From Escherichia phage DCP2: a stretch of DNA of 64,000 bases. The stretch lies in sequence record OR780565.1. The stretch is one strand, 5' to 3'. The position numbers and the translations under genes were made by a program. Shown in pieces: positions 1 to 9,361 of the stretch (the first letter of the stretch is position 1; every line of letters starts with the position of its first letter). The notes beneath the pieces were generated by a model. The model made no database searches and was not told the origin of the DNA. It worked only from the letters and a program-made list of their open reading frames with translations.

Positions 1-1411
1 ACAGTTTAAAGTTCATCCAATTCATGAATATATCGCAGGAACAGCTCCTAAGCCAAGTGATGAATATTCTTGTTCTCCGAATGGATGGATGTATGATAAG
101 CATCAAGAAGGTATCATTCCAAAGGAAATCGCTAAAGTATTTTTCCAACGTAAAGATTGGAAAAAGAAAATGTTCGCTGAAGAAATGAATGCCGAAGCTA
201 TTAAAAAGATTATTATGAAAGGTGCAGGGTCTTGTTCAACTAAACCAGAAGTTGAACGATATGTTAAGTTCAATGATGATTTCTTAAACGAATTATCGAA
301 TTACACTGAATCTGTTCTTAATAGTCTGATCGAAGAATGTGAAAAAGCAGCTACACTTGCTAACACAAATCAGCTGAACCGTAAAATTCTTATTAACAGT
401 CTTTATGGTGCTCTTGGTAATATTCATTTCCGTTACTATGATTTGCGAAATGCTACTGCTATCACAATTTTCGGTCAAGTTGGTATTCAGTGGATTGCTC
501 GTAAAATTAATGAATATCTGAATAAAGTATGTGGAACTGATGGTGAAGATTTCATCGCAGCAGGTGATACTGATTCGGTATATGTTTGTGTAGATAAAGT
601 AATTGAAAAAGTAGGTCTTGACCGCTTTAAAGAACAAAATGATTTAGTTGAATTCATGAATCAGTTCGGTAAGAAAAAGATGGAACCTATGATTGATGTT
701 GCATATCGTGAGTTATGTGATTATATGAATAACCGCGAGCATCTGATGCATATGGACCGTGAAGCTATTTCTTGTCCTCCGCTTGGTTCAAAGGGTGTTG
801 GTGGATTTTGGAAAGCGAAAAAACGTTATGCTCTGAACGTTTATGATATGGAAGATAAGCGATTTGCTGAACCGCATCTAAAAATCATGGGTATGGAAAC
901 TCAGCAGAGCTCAACACCAAAAGCAGTACAAGAAGCTCTCGAAGAAAGTATTCGTCGTATTCTTCAGGAAGGCGAAGAGTCTGTTCAAGAATACTACAAG
1001 AACTTTGAAAAAGAATATCGTCAGCTTGACTATAAAGTTATTGCTGAAGTAAAAACCGCGAACGATATAGCTAAATATGATGATAAAGGTTGGCCAGGAT
1101 TTAAATGCCCGTTCCACATTCGTGGTGTGCTAACTTATCGTCGAGCTGTGAATGGTTTAGGTGTAGCTCCAATTTTGGATGGAAATAAGGTAATGGTTCT
1201 TCCATTACGTGAGGGAAATCCATTTGGTGATAAGTGCATTGCTTGGCCATCGGGTACGGAACTTCCAAAAGAAATTCGTTCTGATGTACTGTCTTGGATT
1301 GACTACTCAACTTTGTTCCAAAAATCGTTTGTTAAACCGCTTGCGGGTATGTGTGAATCGGCAGGTATGGACTATGAGGAAAAAGCTTCGTTAGACTTCC
1401 TGTTTGGCTGA
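1..1411 (+). CDS. 43: DNA polymerase gp43, C-terminal part (5' end lies outside window)
   Basis: Frame open from window edge to TGA 1409-1411; translation matches T4-type family-B polymerase C-terminus (YGALGNIHFRYYD, DTDSVYV, KKRYALNVYD). Confidence 0.93.
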   Translation, partial: QFKVHPIHEYIAGTAPKPSDEYSCSPNGWMYDKHQEGIIPKEIAKVFFQRKDWKKKMFAEEMNAEAIKKIIMKGAGSCSTKPEVERYVKFNDDFLNELSNYTESVLNSLIEECEKAATLANTNQLNRKILINSLYGALGNIHFRYYDLRNATAITIFGQVGIQWIARKINEYLNKVCGTDGEDFIAAGDTDSVYVCVDKVIEKVGLDRFKEQNDLVEFMNQFGKKKMEPMIDVAYRELCDYMNNREHLMHMDREAISCPPLGSKGVGGFWKAKKRYALNVYDMEDKRFAEPHLKIMGMETQQSSTPKAVQEALEESIRRILQEGEESVQEYYKNFEKEYRQLDYKVIAEVKTANDIAKYDDKGWPGFKCPFHIRGVLTYRRAVNGLGVAPILDGNKVMVLPLREGNPFGDKCIAWPSGTELPKEIRSDVLSWIDYSTLFQKSFVKPLAGMCESAGMDYEEKASLDFLFG

Positions 1412-1423
1412 TAGAATAAATCT

Positions 1424-1446
1424 AGGGACCTCCGGGTCCCTTTTTC
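1424..1446 (+). terminator. intrinsic terminator after gene 43
   Basis: AGGGACC-TCCG-GGTCCCT hairpin followed by TTTTT. Confidence 0.7.
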
Positions 1447-1528
1447 ATACAAGTAATATAAATCTATACTTAGGAAAAATAGATGATTCTAGGTCCTGTA
1501 AATTCATTAAAAATTTTTTCACAAAACT

Positions 1529-1560
1529 GTTTACATCCCCGTTCTTCCATGGTACTATAC
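1529..1560 (+). promoter_or_regulatory. T4-type early promoter
   Basis: GTTTAC at 1529-1534, GGTACTATAC -10 region about 17 bp downstream, A/T-rich upstream tract. Confidence 0.65.
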
Positions 1561-1592
1561 AACTATCAACTGATACGGATTTGGAGAATGAA

Positions 1593-1973
1593 ATGAAAAT
1601 CGCTATTTTGGTTATTGCATTGGGTCTTACTGGTTGTGTAGCTCAAGGACCGGTAGTAAATCAATCTGATGTAGGAAAAATTGTAAACTGTTCAAGCAAA
1701 TTTTATAATCCTAATGTTAAGTGTTATAAAGAAGCTCCAAAACAGACAGTAGAACAAATGCAGGCGAATTTTGACGAAGCTATTCGTCCAGATGAATCTG
1801 CTCAAGCATATCGTAATTCAGATGTGATTACACGTGAAGAAAAAATTGAAAGTTACTGTGCCGAACTTTGGGCTAATTGGGCTAATAATTATCAATGGCG
1901 TACTGGTAAAAATGCTCCGATGGAGTATGTAGTAAATTCTTATAATTCATGCGTAAAAAATTTGACTAAGTGA
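1593..1973 (+). CDS. putative lipoprotein (126 aa)
   Basis: ATG after GGAGAA RBS and downstream of promoter; N-terminal signal peptide with lipobox LTGC; the 1404 start in the ORF track would span terminator and promoter. Confidence 0.55.
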   Translation: MKIAILVIALGLTGCVAQGPVVNQSDVGKIVNCSSKFYNPNVKCYKEAPKQTVEQMQANFDEAIRPDESAQAYRNSDVITREEKIESYCAELWANWANNYQWRTGKNAPMEYVVNSYNSCVKNLTK

Positions 1974-1980
1974 GGAAAAC

Positions 1981-2232
1981 ATGGAAACTTTAGTAGCAGG
2001 TTCAATTTTTATGGTTTTAGTTTCAGGTGTGTTGGCTATTATTATATACATGCTCCCATGGTTCATCGCCTTGATGCGTGGGTCAAAATCGACAGTAGGA
2101 ATCTTTTTTACATCTTTACTGTTTAACTGGTCAATCATTGGTTGGTTTATTACATTTATTTGGTCAATTGCGGGTGAAACCAAAAAGTCTGCACAGCCAA
2201 ATCAAGTAATTATCATCAGAGAGAAGGAATGA
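1981..2232 (+). CDS. imm: Imm superinfection-immunity membrane protein (83 aa)
   Basis: 83 aa, two hydrophobic helices, located between 43 and 42 as in T4. Confidence 0.75.
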   Translation: METLVAGSIFMVLVSGVLAIIIYMLPWFIALMRGSKSTVGIFFTSLLFNWSIIGWFITFIWSIAGETKKSAQPNQVIIIREKE

Positions 2233-2378
2233 AAAGCAAAATTATAGCAGTGTTGCTTTTAATCTTGATGATTATAATAAGTATATACTATAGTGTAACG
2301 GTTCCTCTTATGATTCCAACTATTATTTTAGGTTGGGGTTTATTACTGTTACAAGTTAAATATGAATGTATCAATTGA
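2229..2378 (+). CDS. small hydrophobic membrane peptide (49 aa)
   Basis: ATG overlaps imm stop (ATGA-type overlap); 49 codons, strongly hydrophobic; below ORF-track length cut-off. Confidence 0.45.
   Translation: MKSKIIAVLLLILMIIISIYYSVTVPLMIPTIILGWGLLLLQVKYECIN
2252..2278 (+). promoter_or_regulatory. candidate MotA-dependent middle promoter upstream of gene 42
   Basis: TTGCTTTT MotA-box-like element about 12 bp upstream of TATAAT at 2273-2278; imperfect box. Confidence 0.3.
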
Positions 2379-2385
2379 GGTTTAA

Positions 2386-3126
2386 ATGATTAGTGACTCT
2401 ATGACAGTTGAAGAAATCCGTCTTCATTTGGGGCTTGCATTAAAAGAAAAAGATTTCGTAGTTGATAAAACCGGGGTTAAAACTATTGAAATTATTGGCG
2501 CATCATTTGTAGCAGATGAACCGTTTATTTTTGGCGCTCTTAATGATGAATACATTCAACGTGAACTTGAATGGTATAAGTCTCAAAGTCTGTTTGTTAA
2601 AGATATTCCAGGCGAAACGCCAAAGATTTGGCAACAGGTAGCATCTTCTAAAGGTGAAATTAACTCGAATTATGGTTGGGCTATCTGGTCAGAAGATAAC
2701 TATGCCCAGTATGATATGTGTTTAGCTGAACTTGGTCAAAATCCTGATTCTCGCCGCGGTATCATGATTTATACTCGTCCATCCATGCAGTTTGACTACA
2801 ACAAAGATGGTATGTCAGATTTCATGTGTACGAATACAGTACAGTACCTGATTCGTGATAAGAAAGTCAATGCAGTAGTAAGCATGCGTTCAAATGACGT
2901 GGTCTTTGGATTCCGTAATGATTATGCATGGCAAAAATACGTACTAGATAAATTAGTATCTGATTTGAATGCAGGTGATTCAACTCGTCAGTATAAAGCA
3001 GGTTCCATTATATGGAATGTCGGGAGCCTTCATGTGTATTCCCGTCATTTTTATTTGGTTGACCATTGGTGGAAAACTGGCGAAACTCATATTGCGAAAA
3101 AAGATTATAACGGTGAGTGGAAATGA
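2386..3126 (+). CDS. 42: dCMP hydroxymethylase gp42
   Basis: 246 aa; N-terminus MISDSMTVEEIRLHLG and thymidylate-synthase-like core match T4 gp42. Confidence 0.93.
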   Translation: MISDSMTVEEIRLHLGLALKEKDFVVDKTGVKTIEIIGASFVADEPFIFGALNDEYIQRELEWYKSQSLFVKDIPGETPKIWQQVASSKGEINSNYGWAIWSEDNYAQYDMCLAELGQNPDSRRGIMIYTRPSMQFDYNKDGMSDFMCTNTVQYLIRDKKVNAVVSMRSNDVVFGFRNDYAWQKYVLDKLVSDLNAGDSTRQYKAGSIIWNVGSLHVYSRHFYLVDHWWKTGETHIAKKDYNGEWK

Positions 3127-3965
3127 TTCAATTCGTAATTCCAAGTTATCAACGCGTAGGGGCAGTTTCTGCCCTTGATATGTTTCCGACTGATTATGAA
3201 CCTCATATTGTAGTACGTGAACACGAAGAAAAAGCTTATTATGACGCTTACGGGTCTAGAGCTAAAATTGTAGTTATTCCCGATGATGTAAATGGAATTG
3301 CTGGAACTCGTAAAGCAATTACTGATATGTATGCAGGTCAGCGAATTTGGATGATTGATGATGATACTACTATTCGTATGAGTTCAATGCGAAAGAAAGA
3401 TGATCGTCGCTGCGTAGATAAAATTAATCAGTTAACTCGTGAACAGTTCTATGAATTGATTCAATACGTTGAAGATGCCATGGATTGCGGGTATTATCAT
3501 GGTCATGCTCGTTTACCTATTTTTAAAATTACTTCATCTTGGGGTAATTATCGTGAAAATTCATATGGATTCACGAATACATGGTATGACCTTGGAAAAC
3601 TTACAACAGAACAAATTGGGTATGGAAAAATTGATTTATGCGAAGATATGTATGCATTTCTCAATTTAATTAATCAAGGTTATCCGCATTTGGCCTTGTT
3701 CAAATATCTGGTTGTATCCGGAAAAGCACAAGCTCCTGGCGGATGCAGCTCAATTCGTAGTAATTCTAAACATAATAGAGCTCTTGAGCAAATCAATAAA
3801 GAGTTTCCAGAGCAAGCTCGTTGGAAAACTTCTAATATTGAAAAACGAAAATCATTAGGTGAAGAAGACGAGCCATTAAAGGTTCTTCGCATGTGTGTTT
3901 CACGCAAAGAAAAGTCAGAAGCATTTCATAAGTTTAATGCTATTCATCCAATAGCAGTTGATTAA
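3117..3965 (+). CDS. putative DNA glycosyltransferase occupying the beta-gt locus (GT-A-like, DxD motif)
   Basis: 282 aa ORF between 42 and uvsX; IWMIDDDTTIR DxD-type motif; unlike T4 beta-gt (351 aa); likely the T2/T6-type beta-glucosyl-HMC-alpha-glucosyltransferase. Confidence 0.55.
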   Translation: MEMIQFVIPSYQRVGAVSALDMFPTDYEPHIVVREHEEKAYYDAYGSRAKIVVIPDDVNGIAGTRKAITDMYAGQRIWMIDDDTTIRMSSMRKKDDRRCVDKINQLTREQFYELIQYVEDAMDCGYYHGHARLPIFKITSSWGNYRENSYGFTNTWYDLGKLTTEQIGYGKIDLCEDMYAFLNLINQGYPHLALFKYLVVSGKAQAPGGCSSIRSNSKHNRALEQINKEFPEQARWKTSNIEKRKSLGEEDEPLKVLRMCVSRKEKSEAFHKFNAIHPIAVD

Positions 3966-3989
3966 TGCCTAAATTTATTGTGTTATAAT
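3964..3989 (+). promoter_or_regulatory. candidate middle promoter upstream of uvsX
   Basis: AATGCCTAA (one mismatch to MotA box) 11 bp upstream of TATAAT 3984-3989. Confidence 0.25.
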
Positions 3990-4042
3990 TACCCTATCTT
4001 TAACCAGTGAGGAAAATATAATGATGCCTATGGAAAAAATGA

Positions 4043-5224
4043 ATGTCTATTGCAGATTTAAAATCCCGTTTGATTAAAGCTTCCACTTCTAAAATGACTG
4101 CTGAACTGACTACATCTAAATTCTTTAATGAAAAGGATGTAATTCGTACAAAAATTCCAATGCTCAATATCGCTATTTCTGGTGCGATTGATGGTGGAAT
4201 GCAGTCTGGTTTAACTATTTTCGCAGGTCCTTCTAAACACTTTAAATCAAATATGTCTTTGACTATGGTTGCGGCGTATTTGAACAAATATCCTGATGCG
4301 GTTTGTTTATTCTATGATAGCGAATTTGGTATTACTCCAGCTTATTTGCGATCAATGGGAGTTGACCCGGAACGAGTAATTCATACACCAATCCAGTCAG
4401 TTGAACAACTGAAAATTGATATGGTGAATCAGCTTGAAGCTATTGAGCGCGGTGAAAAGGTTATTGTATTCATCGACTCAATCGGTAATATGGCCTCTAA
4501 GAAAGAAACGGAAGATGCCTTGAATGAAAAATCTGTGGCAGATATGACTCGTGCTAAATCACTGAAGTCATTATTCCGTATTGTTACTCCTTATTTTAGT
4601 ATTAAAAACATTCCATGTGTTGCGGTTAACCATACAATTGAAACAATTGAAATGTTTAGTAAAACCGTGATGACAGGTGGTACAGGCGTAATGTATTCGG
4701 CTGATACTGTATTCATTATCGGTAAGCGTCAGATTAAAGATGGTTCTGATCTTCAGGGGTATCAATTTGTTCTAAATGTAGAAAAATCTCGTACCGTTAA
4801 AGAAAAAAGTAAATTCTTTATTGATGTTAAATTTGACGGTGGTATCGATCCTTATTCTGGATTGTTAGATATGGCTCTTGAATTAGGATTTGTAGTAAAA
4901 CCTAAAAATGGCTGGTATGCTCGTGAATTTCTTGATGAAGAAACCGGCGAGATGATTCGCGAAGAAAAATCTTGGCGTGCAAAAGATACCAATTGCACTA
5001 CATTCTGGGGTCCTTTATTTAAGCATCAACCATTCCGAGATGCTATTAAACGCGCTTATCAGTTAGGTGCTATTGATAGTAATGAAATTGTTGAAGCTGA
5101 AGTTGATGAATTGATTAACTCAAAGGTTGAAAAATTTAAATCTCCAGAAAGTAAAAGTAAATCAGCAGCTGATTTAGAAACTGACCTAGATCAGTTAAGT
5201 GATATGGAAGAATTTAATGAATAA
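4043..5224 (+). CDS. uvsX: UvsX RecA-like recombinase
   Basis: 393 aa; matches T4 UvsX throughout (Walker A region GPSKHFKS). Confidence 0.93.
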   Translation: MSIADLKSRLIKASTSKMTAELTTSKFFNEKDVIRTKIPMLNIAISGAIDGGMQSGLTIFAGPSKHFKSNMSLTMVAAYLNKYPDAVCLFYDSEFGITPAYLRSMGVDPERVIHTPIQSVEQLKIDMVNQLEAIERGEKVIVFIDSIGNMASKKETEDALNEKSVADMTRAKSLKSLFRIVTPYFSIKNIPCVAVNHTIETIEMFSKTVMTGGTGVMYSADTVFIIGKRQIKDGSDLQGYQFVLNVEKSRTVKEKSKFFIDVKFDGGIDPYSGLLDMALELGFVVKPKNGWYAREFLDEETGEMIREEKSWRAKDTNCTTFWGPLFKHQPFRDAIKRAYQLGAIDSNEIVEAEVDELINSKVEKFKSPESKSKSAADLETDLDQLSDMEEFNE

Positions 5225-5561
5225 AGATGATTTAGATTTAGATCTAGAAATTATCGACGAATCCCCCTCTTCGGAGGGGGAAGAAGAAAGAAAAGAACGT
5301 CTTTTTAATGAATCCCTTAAGATAATTAAATCTGCCATGGAAAATGTTATCCAGGAGATTGTCATTAAACTAGAAGATGGTTCTACACACATTGTGTATG
5401 TGACAAAATTAGATTGGGTTGATGGAAAAGTCGTAATGGACTTTGCTGTTCTTGACCAAGAAAGAAAAGCTGAGTTAGCTCCTCATGTAGAAAAATGTAT
5501 TACAATGCAACTACAAGATGCATTTAATAAAAGGTCAAAGAAAAAATTTAAATTCTTTTAA
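5217..5561 (+). CDS. 40: gp40 head-vertex assembly chaperone
   Basis: 114 aa from ATG overlapping uvsX stop; acidic N-terminal region; position between uvsX and 41. Confidence 0.75.
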   Translation: MNKDDLDLDLEIIDESPSSEGEEERKERLFNESLKIIKSAMENVIQEIVIKLEDGSTHIVYVTKLDWVDGKVVMDFAVLDQERKAELAPHVEKCITMQLQDAFNKRSKKKFKFF

Positions 5562-5570
5562 GGAGTAAGT

Positions 5571-6998
5571 GTGGTAGAAATTATTCTTTCTCATCTCATA
5601 TTTGATCAAGCTTATTTTTCAAAAGTTTGGCCATATATGGATTCAGAATATTTTGAAAGTGGTCCAGCTAAAAATACATTCAAATTAATTAAATCTCATG
5701 TTAATGAGTACCATAGCGTTCCATCTATTAATGCGTTAAATGTTGCATTAGAAAATAGTTCATTTACTGAAACAGAATATTCTGGTGTAAAAACACTTAT
5801 TTCAAAACTAGCTGATTCTCCAGAAGACCACAGCTGGTTAGTAAAAGAAACAGAAAAATATGTTCAGCAAAGGGCGATGTTTAACGCCACATCTAAAATA
5901 ATTGAAATTCAAACCAATGCTGAGCTTCCTCCAGAAAAACGAAATAAGAAAATGCCGGATGTAGGTGCTATTCCTGACATTATGCGCCAAGCATTATCAA
6001 TTTCATTTGATAGCTACGTTGGCCATGATTGGATGGATGACTATGAAGCACGTTGGCTATCTTATATGAATAAAGCTCGTAAGGTTCCATTTAAACTCAA
6101 AATTCTAAATAAAATTACTAAAGGCGGAGCTGAAACTGGAACACTGAATGTTTTAATGGCTGGTGTTAACGTCGGTAAGTCATTAGGTCTGTGTTCATTG
6201 GCAGCAGATTATTTGCAGCTCGGACATAATGTTCTTTACATTTCCATGGAAATGGCAGAAGAAGTCTGTGCTAAGCGTATTGACGCTAACATGCTCGATG
6301 TTTCTCTTGATGACATTGATGACGGGCATATTTCTTACGCTGAGTATAAAGGAAAAATGGAAAAATGGCGTGAGAAATCTACTCTTGGCCGTTTAATCGT
6401 TAAACAGTATCCTACTGGTGGAGCAGACGCTAATACATTTCGATCGCTTTTAAACGAATTAAAGCTCAAGAAGAATTTTGTTCCAACAATCATTATTGTC
6501 GACTATCTAGGTATTTGTAAATCTTGTCGCATCAGAGTTTACTCAGAAAATAGTTACACAACTGTTAAAGCTATCGCAGAGGAATTGCGTGCTCTAGCTG
6601 TTGAAACCGAAACTGTTCTTTGGACTGCAGCACAGGTTGGTAAGCAAGCTTGGGATTCTTCTGATGTTAACATGAGCGATATTGCAGAATCTGCCGGTCT
6701 TCCAGCAACAGCCGATTTTATGCTTGCGGTCATTGAAACCGAGGAGTTAGCAGCGGCTGAACAGCAACTCATTAAGCAAATCAAATCACGATACGGTGAT
6801 AAGAATAAATGGAATAAGTTTTTGATGGGTGTTCAAAAAGGAAATCAGAAATGGGTAGAAATTGAACAAGATTCTACTCCAACTGAAGTGAACGAAGTAG
6901 CAGGTTCACAACAGATACAAGCTGAACAGAATCGCTATCAAAGAAATGAATCTACTCGAGCCCAGTTAGATGCTTTAGCAAACGAATTAAAATTTTAG
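5571..6998 (+). CDS. 41: gp41 replicative DNA helicase
   Basis: 475 aa, GTG start after AGGAG RBS; DnaB-like Walker A (GVNVGKS). Confidence 0.93.
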   Translation: MVEIILSHLIFDQAYFSKVWPYMDSEYFESGPAKNTFKLIKSHVNEYHSVPSINALNVALENSSFTETEYSGVKTLISKLADSPEDHSWLVKETEKYVQQRAMFNATSKIIEIQTNAELPPEKRNKKMPDVGAIPDIMRQALSISFDSYVGHDWMDDYEARWLSYMNKARKVPFKLKILNKITKGGAETGTLNVLMAGVNVGKSLGLCSLAADYLQLGHNVLYISMEMAEEVCAKRIDANMLDVSLDDIDDGHISYAEYKGKMEKWREKSTLGRLIVKQYPTGGADANTFRSLLNELKLKKNFVPTIIIVDYLGICKSCRIRVYSENSYTTVKAIAEELRALAVETETVLWTAAQVGKQAWDSSDVNMSDIAESAGLPATADFMLAVIETEELAAAEQQLIKQIKSRYGDKNKWNKFLMGVQKGNQKWVEIEQDSTPTEVNEVAGSQQIQAEQNRYQRNESTRAQLDALANELKF

Positions 6999-7030
6999 TT
7001 TACAAGCTGACAAGACTATGGTATAGTAGT
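6998..7030 (+). promoter_or_regulatory. T4-type early promoter
   Basis: GTTTAC 6998-7003, -10 TATAGT 7022-7027; -10 flanked by 8-bp inverted repeat CAAGACTA / TAGTCTTG. Confidence 0.6.
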
Positions 7031-7056
7031 CTTGTTGGTTAAATGAGGAGATTGTT

Positions 7057-7239
7057 ATGGAATTGGTAAAGGTAGTTTTTATGGGGTGGTTTAAGAATGA
7101 AAGCATGTTTACTAAAGAAATCACAATGATGAAAGACGACGTTCAATGGGCTACTACTCAATATGCTGAAGTTAATAAAGCATTAGTTAAAGCTTTCATT
7201 GATGACAAGAAAGTATGCGAAGTGGATTGCCGAGGATAA
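7057..7239 (+). CDS. dmd: Dmd (antitoxin of RnlA/LsoA-type host toxins), 60 aa
   Basis: 60 aa ORF immediately downstream of gene 41 with GAGGAG RBS; sequence and position match T4 gene 61.5 as remembered. Confidence 0.65.
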   Translation: MELVKVVFMGWFKNESMFTKEITMMKDDVQWATTQYAEVNKALVKAFIDDKKVCEVDCRG

Positions 7240-7240
7240 T

Positions 7241-7483
7241 ATGCACATTGTTTTATTTAAACCTACTCCGTATAATGTCAGGAAAAATACTCAATTCAAA
7301 GCACTTATTGCAGATACGTGGGAATTGGTGTTAGATATTCCAGCAGAAGAAAGTCCTCCATTTGGTCGAGTGGAATTTATTAAGTTTGCTGTGCGCCCTA
7401 CGAAGCGGCAGATTCGCCAATGCAAAAGATACTTTCGTAAAATCGTCAAGTTAGAGAAACAGTTATTGATGCTAGTAAAATAG
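7241..7483 (+). CDS. hypothetical protein (80 aa)
   Basis: ATG 7241 directly after dmd stop with GAGGA RBS; basic C-terminus. Confidence 0.5.
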   Translation: MHIVLFKPTPYNVRKNTQFKALIADTWELVLDIPAEESPPFGRVEFIKFAVRPTKRQIRQCKRYFRKIVKLEKQLLMLVK

Positions 7484-7485
7484 TA

Positions 7486-7516
7486 GTTTACAAGCTGATA
7501 GAGTTGTGTTATAGTA
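7486..7516 (+). promoter_or_regulatory. T4-type early promoter
   Basis: GTTTAC 7486-7491, -10 TATAGT 7510-7515; flanked by 10-bp inverted repeat AGCTGATAGA / TCTATCAGCT. Confidence 0.6.
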
Positions 7517-7546
7517 ATTCTATCAGCTAATCGCGGAGAAAAGAAA

Positions 7547-7801
7547 ATGATGCTAGTTAATAGAGAATATCAGTTTAAATCAGAAGAAGATTTGGAAAAA
7601 TTCGCAAGTGGTTGTGAACTGAATAGACGCACAGCTAAAGTCATAGGATTAAAACCCTTTACAGTTCTAGATTGTGAAGTTTCTAAATTCCGCAGAGGGT
7701 GTTCTATTAGCGGTCATGCTCTGGTTGATGGGAACACATTTTTCTTTGTTTTTAGCGTCAGAGAACTTTTATTGATTAACGAACTTGAGGAAATAAAATA
7801 G
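7547..7801 (+). CDS. hypothetical protein (84 aa)
   Basis: ORF with RBS GGAGAA, downstream of early promoter. Confidence 0.5.
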   Translation: MMLVNREYQFKSEEDLEKFASGCELNRRTAKVIGLKPFTVLDCEVSKFRRGCSISGHALVDGNTFFFVFSVRELLLINELEEIK

Positions 7802-7832
7802 TTTACTTTTGTTGGAAATTGAGATACTATAT
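7801..7832 (+). promoter_or_regulatory. T4-type early promoter upstream of sp
   Basis: GTTTAC 7801-7806 and GATACTATATAA -10 region. Confidence 0.55.
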
Positions 7833-7858
7833 AAACATAAACTACTGAGGAGATTATC

Positions 7859-8152
7859 ATGAAAAAATTTGTTTTTGCTGCAATTTTTGCTTTAGCTTCT
7901 TGTGCTGCTCAGCCTGCTATGGCAGGTTATGATAAAGATTTGTGCGAATGGTCTATGACTGCAGATCAGACTGAGGTTGAAACTCAGATTGAAGCAGATA
8001 TTATGAACATCGTTGAGCGTGATCGCCCTGAAATGAAAGCTGAAGTACAAAAACAGCTTAAGTCTGGTGGTGTAATGCAGTATAATTACGTTCTGTATTG
8101 TGATAAAAACTTCAATAATAAAAATATCATCGCTGAAGTGGTAGGTGAATAA
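7859..8152 (+). CDS. sp: Spackle periplasmic protein (lysis inhibition/superinfection exclusion), 97 aa
   Basis: 97 aa with cleavable signal peptide (AQPAMA); position between 41 and 61. Confidence 0.7.
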   Translation: MKKFVFAAIFALASCAAQPAMAGYDKDLCEWSMTADQTEVETQIEADIMNIVERDRPEMKAEVQKQLKSGGVMQYNYVLYCDKNFNNKNIIAEVVGE

Positions 8153-8164
8153 TTAGAGGCTAAT

Positions 8165-8329
8165 ATGAAAACGTTTAAAGAATTTATTAAAGAAGATATG
8201 GTAGCTGGAGATTCAGGTGGTAATCCTGAAAATATCTCTACTGGAACAACGTCAGGCGCTGTAGTAAATAAAGGTCCTGAACAGATTCCTAAAAAGAAAA
8301 AAGAGGAATCTAAAGAAAAAGAAGAGTAA
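8165..8329 (+). CDS. small charged protein (54 aa)
   Basis: 54-codon ORF, Lys/Glu-rich C-terminus; below track cut-off. Confidence 0.45.
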   Translation: MKTFKEFIKEDMVAGDSGGNPENISTGTTSGAVVNKGPEQIPKKKKEESKEKEE

Positions 8330-8332
8330 AAA

Positions 8333-9361
8333 ATGTCATCAATACCTTGGATTGATAATGAGTTTGCATATCGTGCGCTAGCTCATTTACCTAAATTCAC
8401 ACAAGTAAATAATAGTTCAACTTTTAAATTACGGTTTAGATGCCCTGTTTGTGGAGATTCAAAAACCGACCAAAATAAAGCTCGTGGATGGTATTATGGC
8501 GATAATAATGAAGGAAATATTCATTGCTATAACTGTAACTATCATGCACCAATCGGAATATATTTAAAGGAGTTTGAACCTGATTTATATCGTGAGTATA
8601 TCTTTGAAATAAGAAAAGAAAAAGGTAAAAGTCGTCCAGTAGAAAAACCTAAAGAACTTCCTAAACAACCCGAGAAGAAAATAATTAAATCTCTTCCGTC
8701 ATGCATTAGATTAGATAAACTGACGGAAGACCATCCAATTATAAAATACGTAAAAGCTCGTTGTATTCCAAAGGATAAATGGAAATATCTTTGGTTTACA
8801 ACCGAATGGCCTAAATTAGTTAATAGTATAGCACCAGGAACATATAAAAAGGAAATACCTGAGCCTCGTCTTGTTATTCCAATTTATAATGCTAATGGAA
8901 AAGCTGAGTCTTTTCAAGGACGTGCATTAAAGAAAGATGCTCCTCAAAAATATATCACCATCAAAGCTTATCCTGAGGCAACAAAAATCTATGGTGTTGA
9001 ACGAGTTAAAGATGGTGATGTATATGTTCTAGAAGGACCTATAGATTCACTTTTTATTGAAAATGGTATAGCTATTACGGGTGGTCAATTAGACCTAGAA
9101 ATTGTTCCATTTAAAGATAGACGTGTATGGGTTTTAGATAATGAACCTCGTCACCCTGATACTATTAAACGAATGACTAAATTAGTTGATGCAGGAGAAA
9201 GGGTTATGTTTTGGGATAAATCTCCCTGGAAATCAAAAGATGTTAATGATATGATTAGAAAGGAAGGTGCAACCCCTGAACAAATTATGGAATATATGAA
9301 AAATAATATTGCCCAAGGGTTGATGGCTAAAATGCGGCTATCTAAATATGCTAAGATTTAA
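8333..9361 (+). CDS. 61: gp61 DNA primase
   Basis: 342 aa; N-terminal zinc ribbon CPVCGDS...CYNC; TOPRIM-like core. Confidence 0.92.
   Translation: MSSIPWIDNEFAYRALAHLPKFTQVNNSSTFKLRFRCPVCGDSKTDQNKARGWYYGDNNEGNIHCYNCNYHAPIGIYLKEFEPDLYREYIFEIRKEKGKSRPVEKPKELPKQPEKKIIKSLPSCIRLDKLTEDHPIIKYVKARCIPKDKWKYLWFTTEWPKLVNSIAPGTYKKEIPEPRLVIPIYNANGKAESFQGRALKKDAPQKYITIKAYPEATKIYGVERVKDGDVYVLEGPIDSLFIENGIAITGGQLDLEIVPFKDRRVWVLDNEPRHPDTIKRMTKLVDAGERVMFWDKSPWKSKDVNDMIRKEGATPEQIMEYMKNNIAQGLMAKMRLSKYAKI

Noticed and set aside
1404-1592. Upstream extension of the lipoprotein ORF to 1404
   Set aside because: Would span the gene 43 terminator hairpin and the early promoter; ATG 1593 with RBS is the plausible start.
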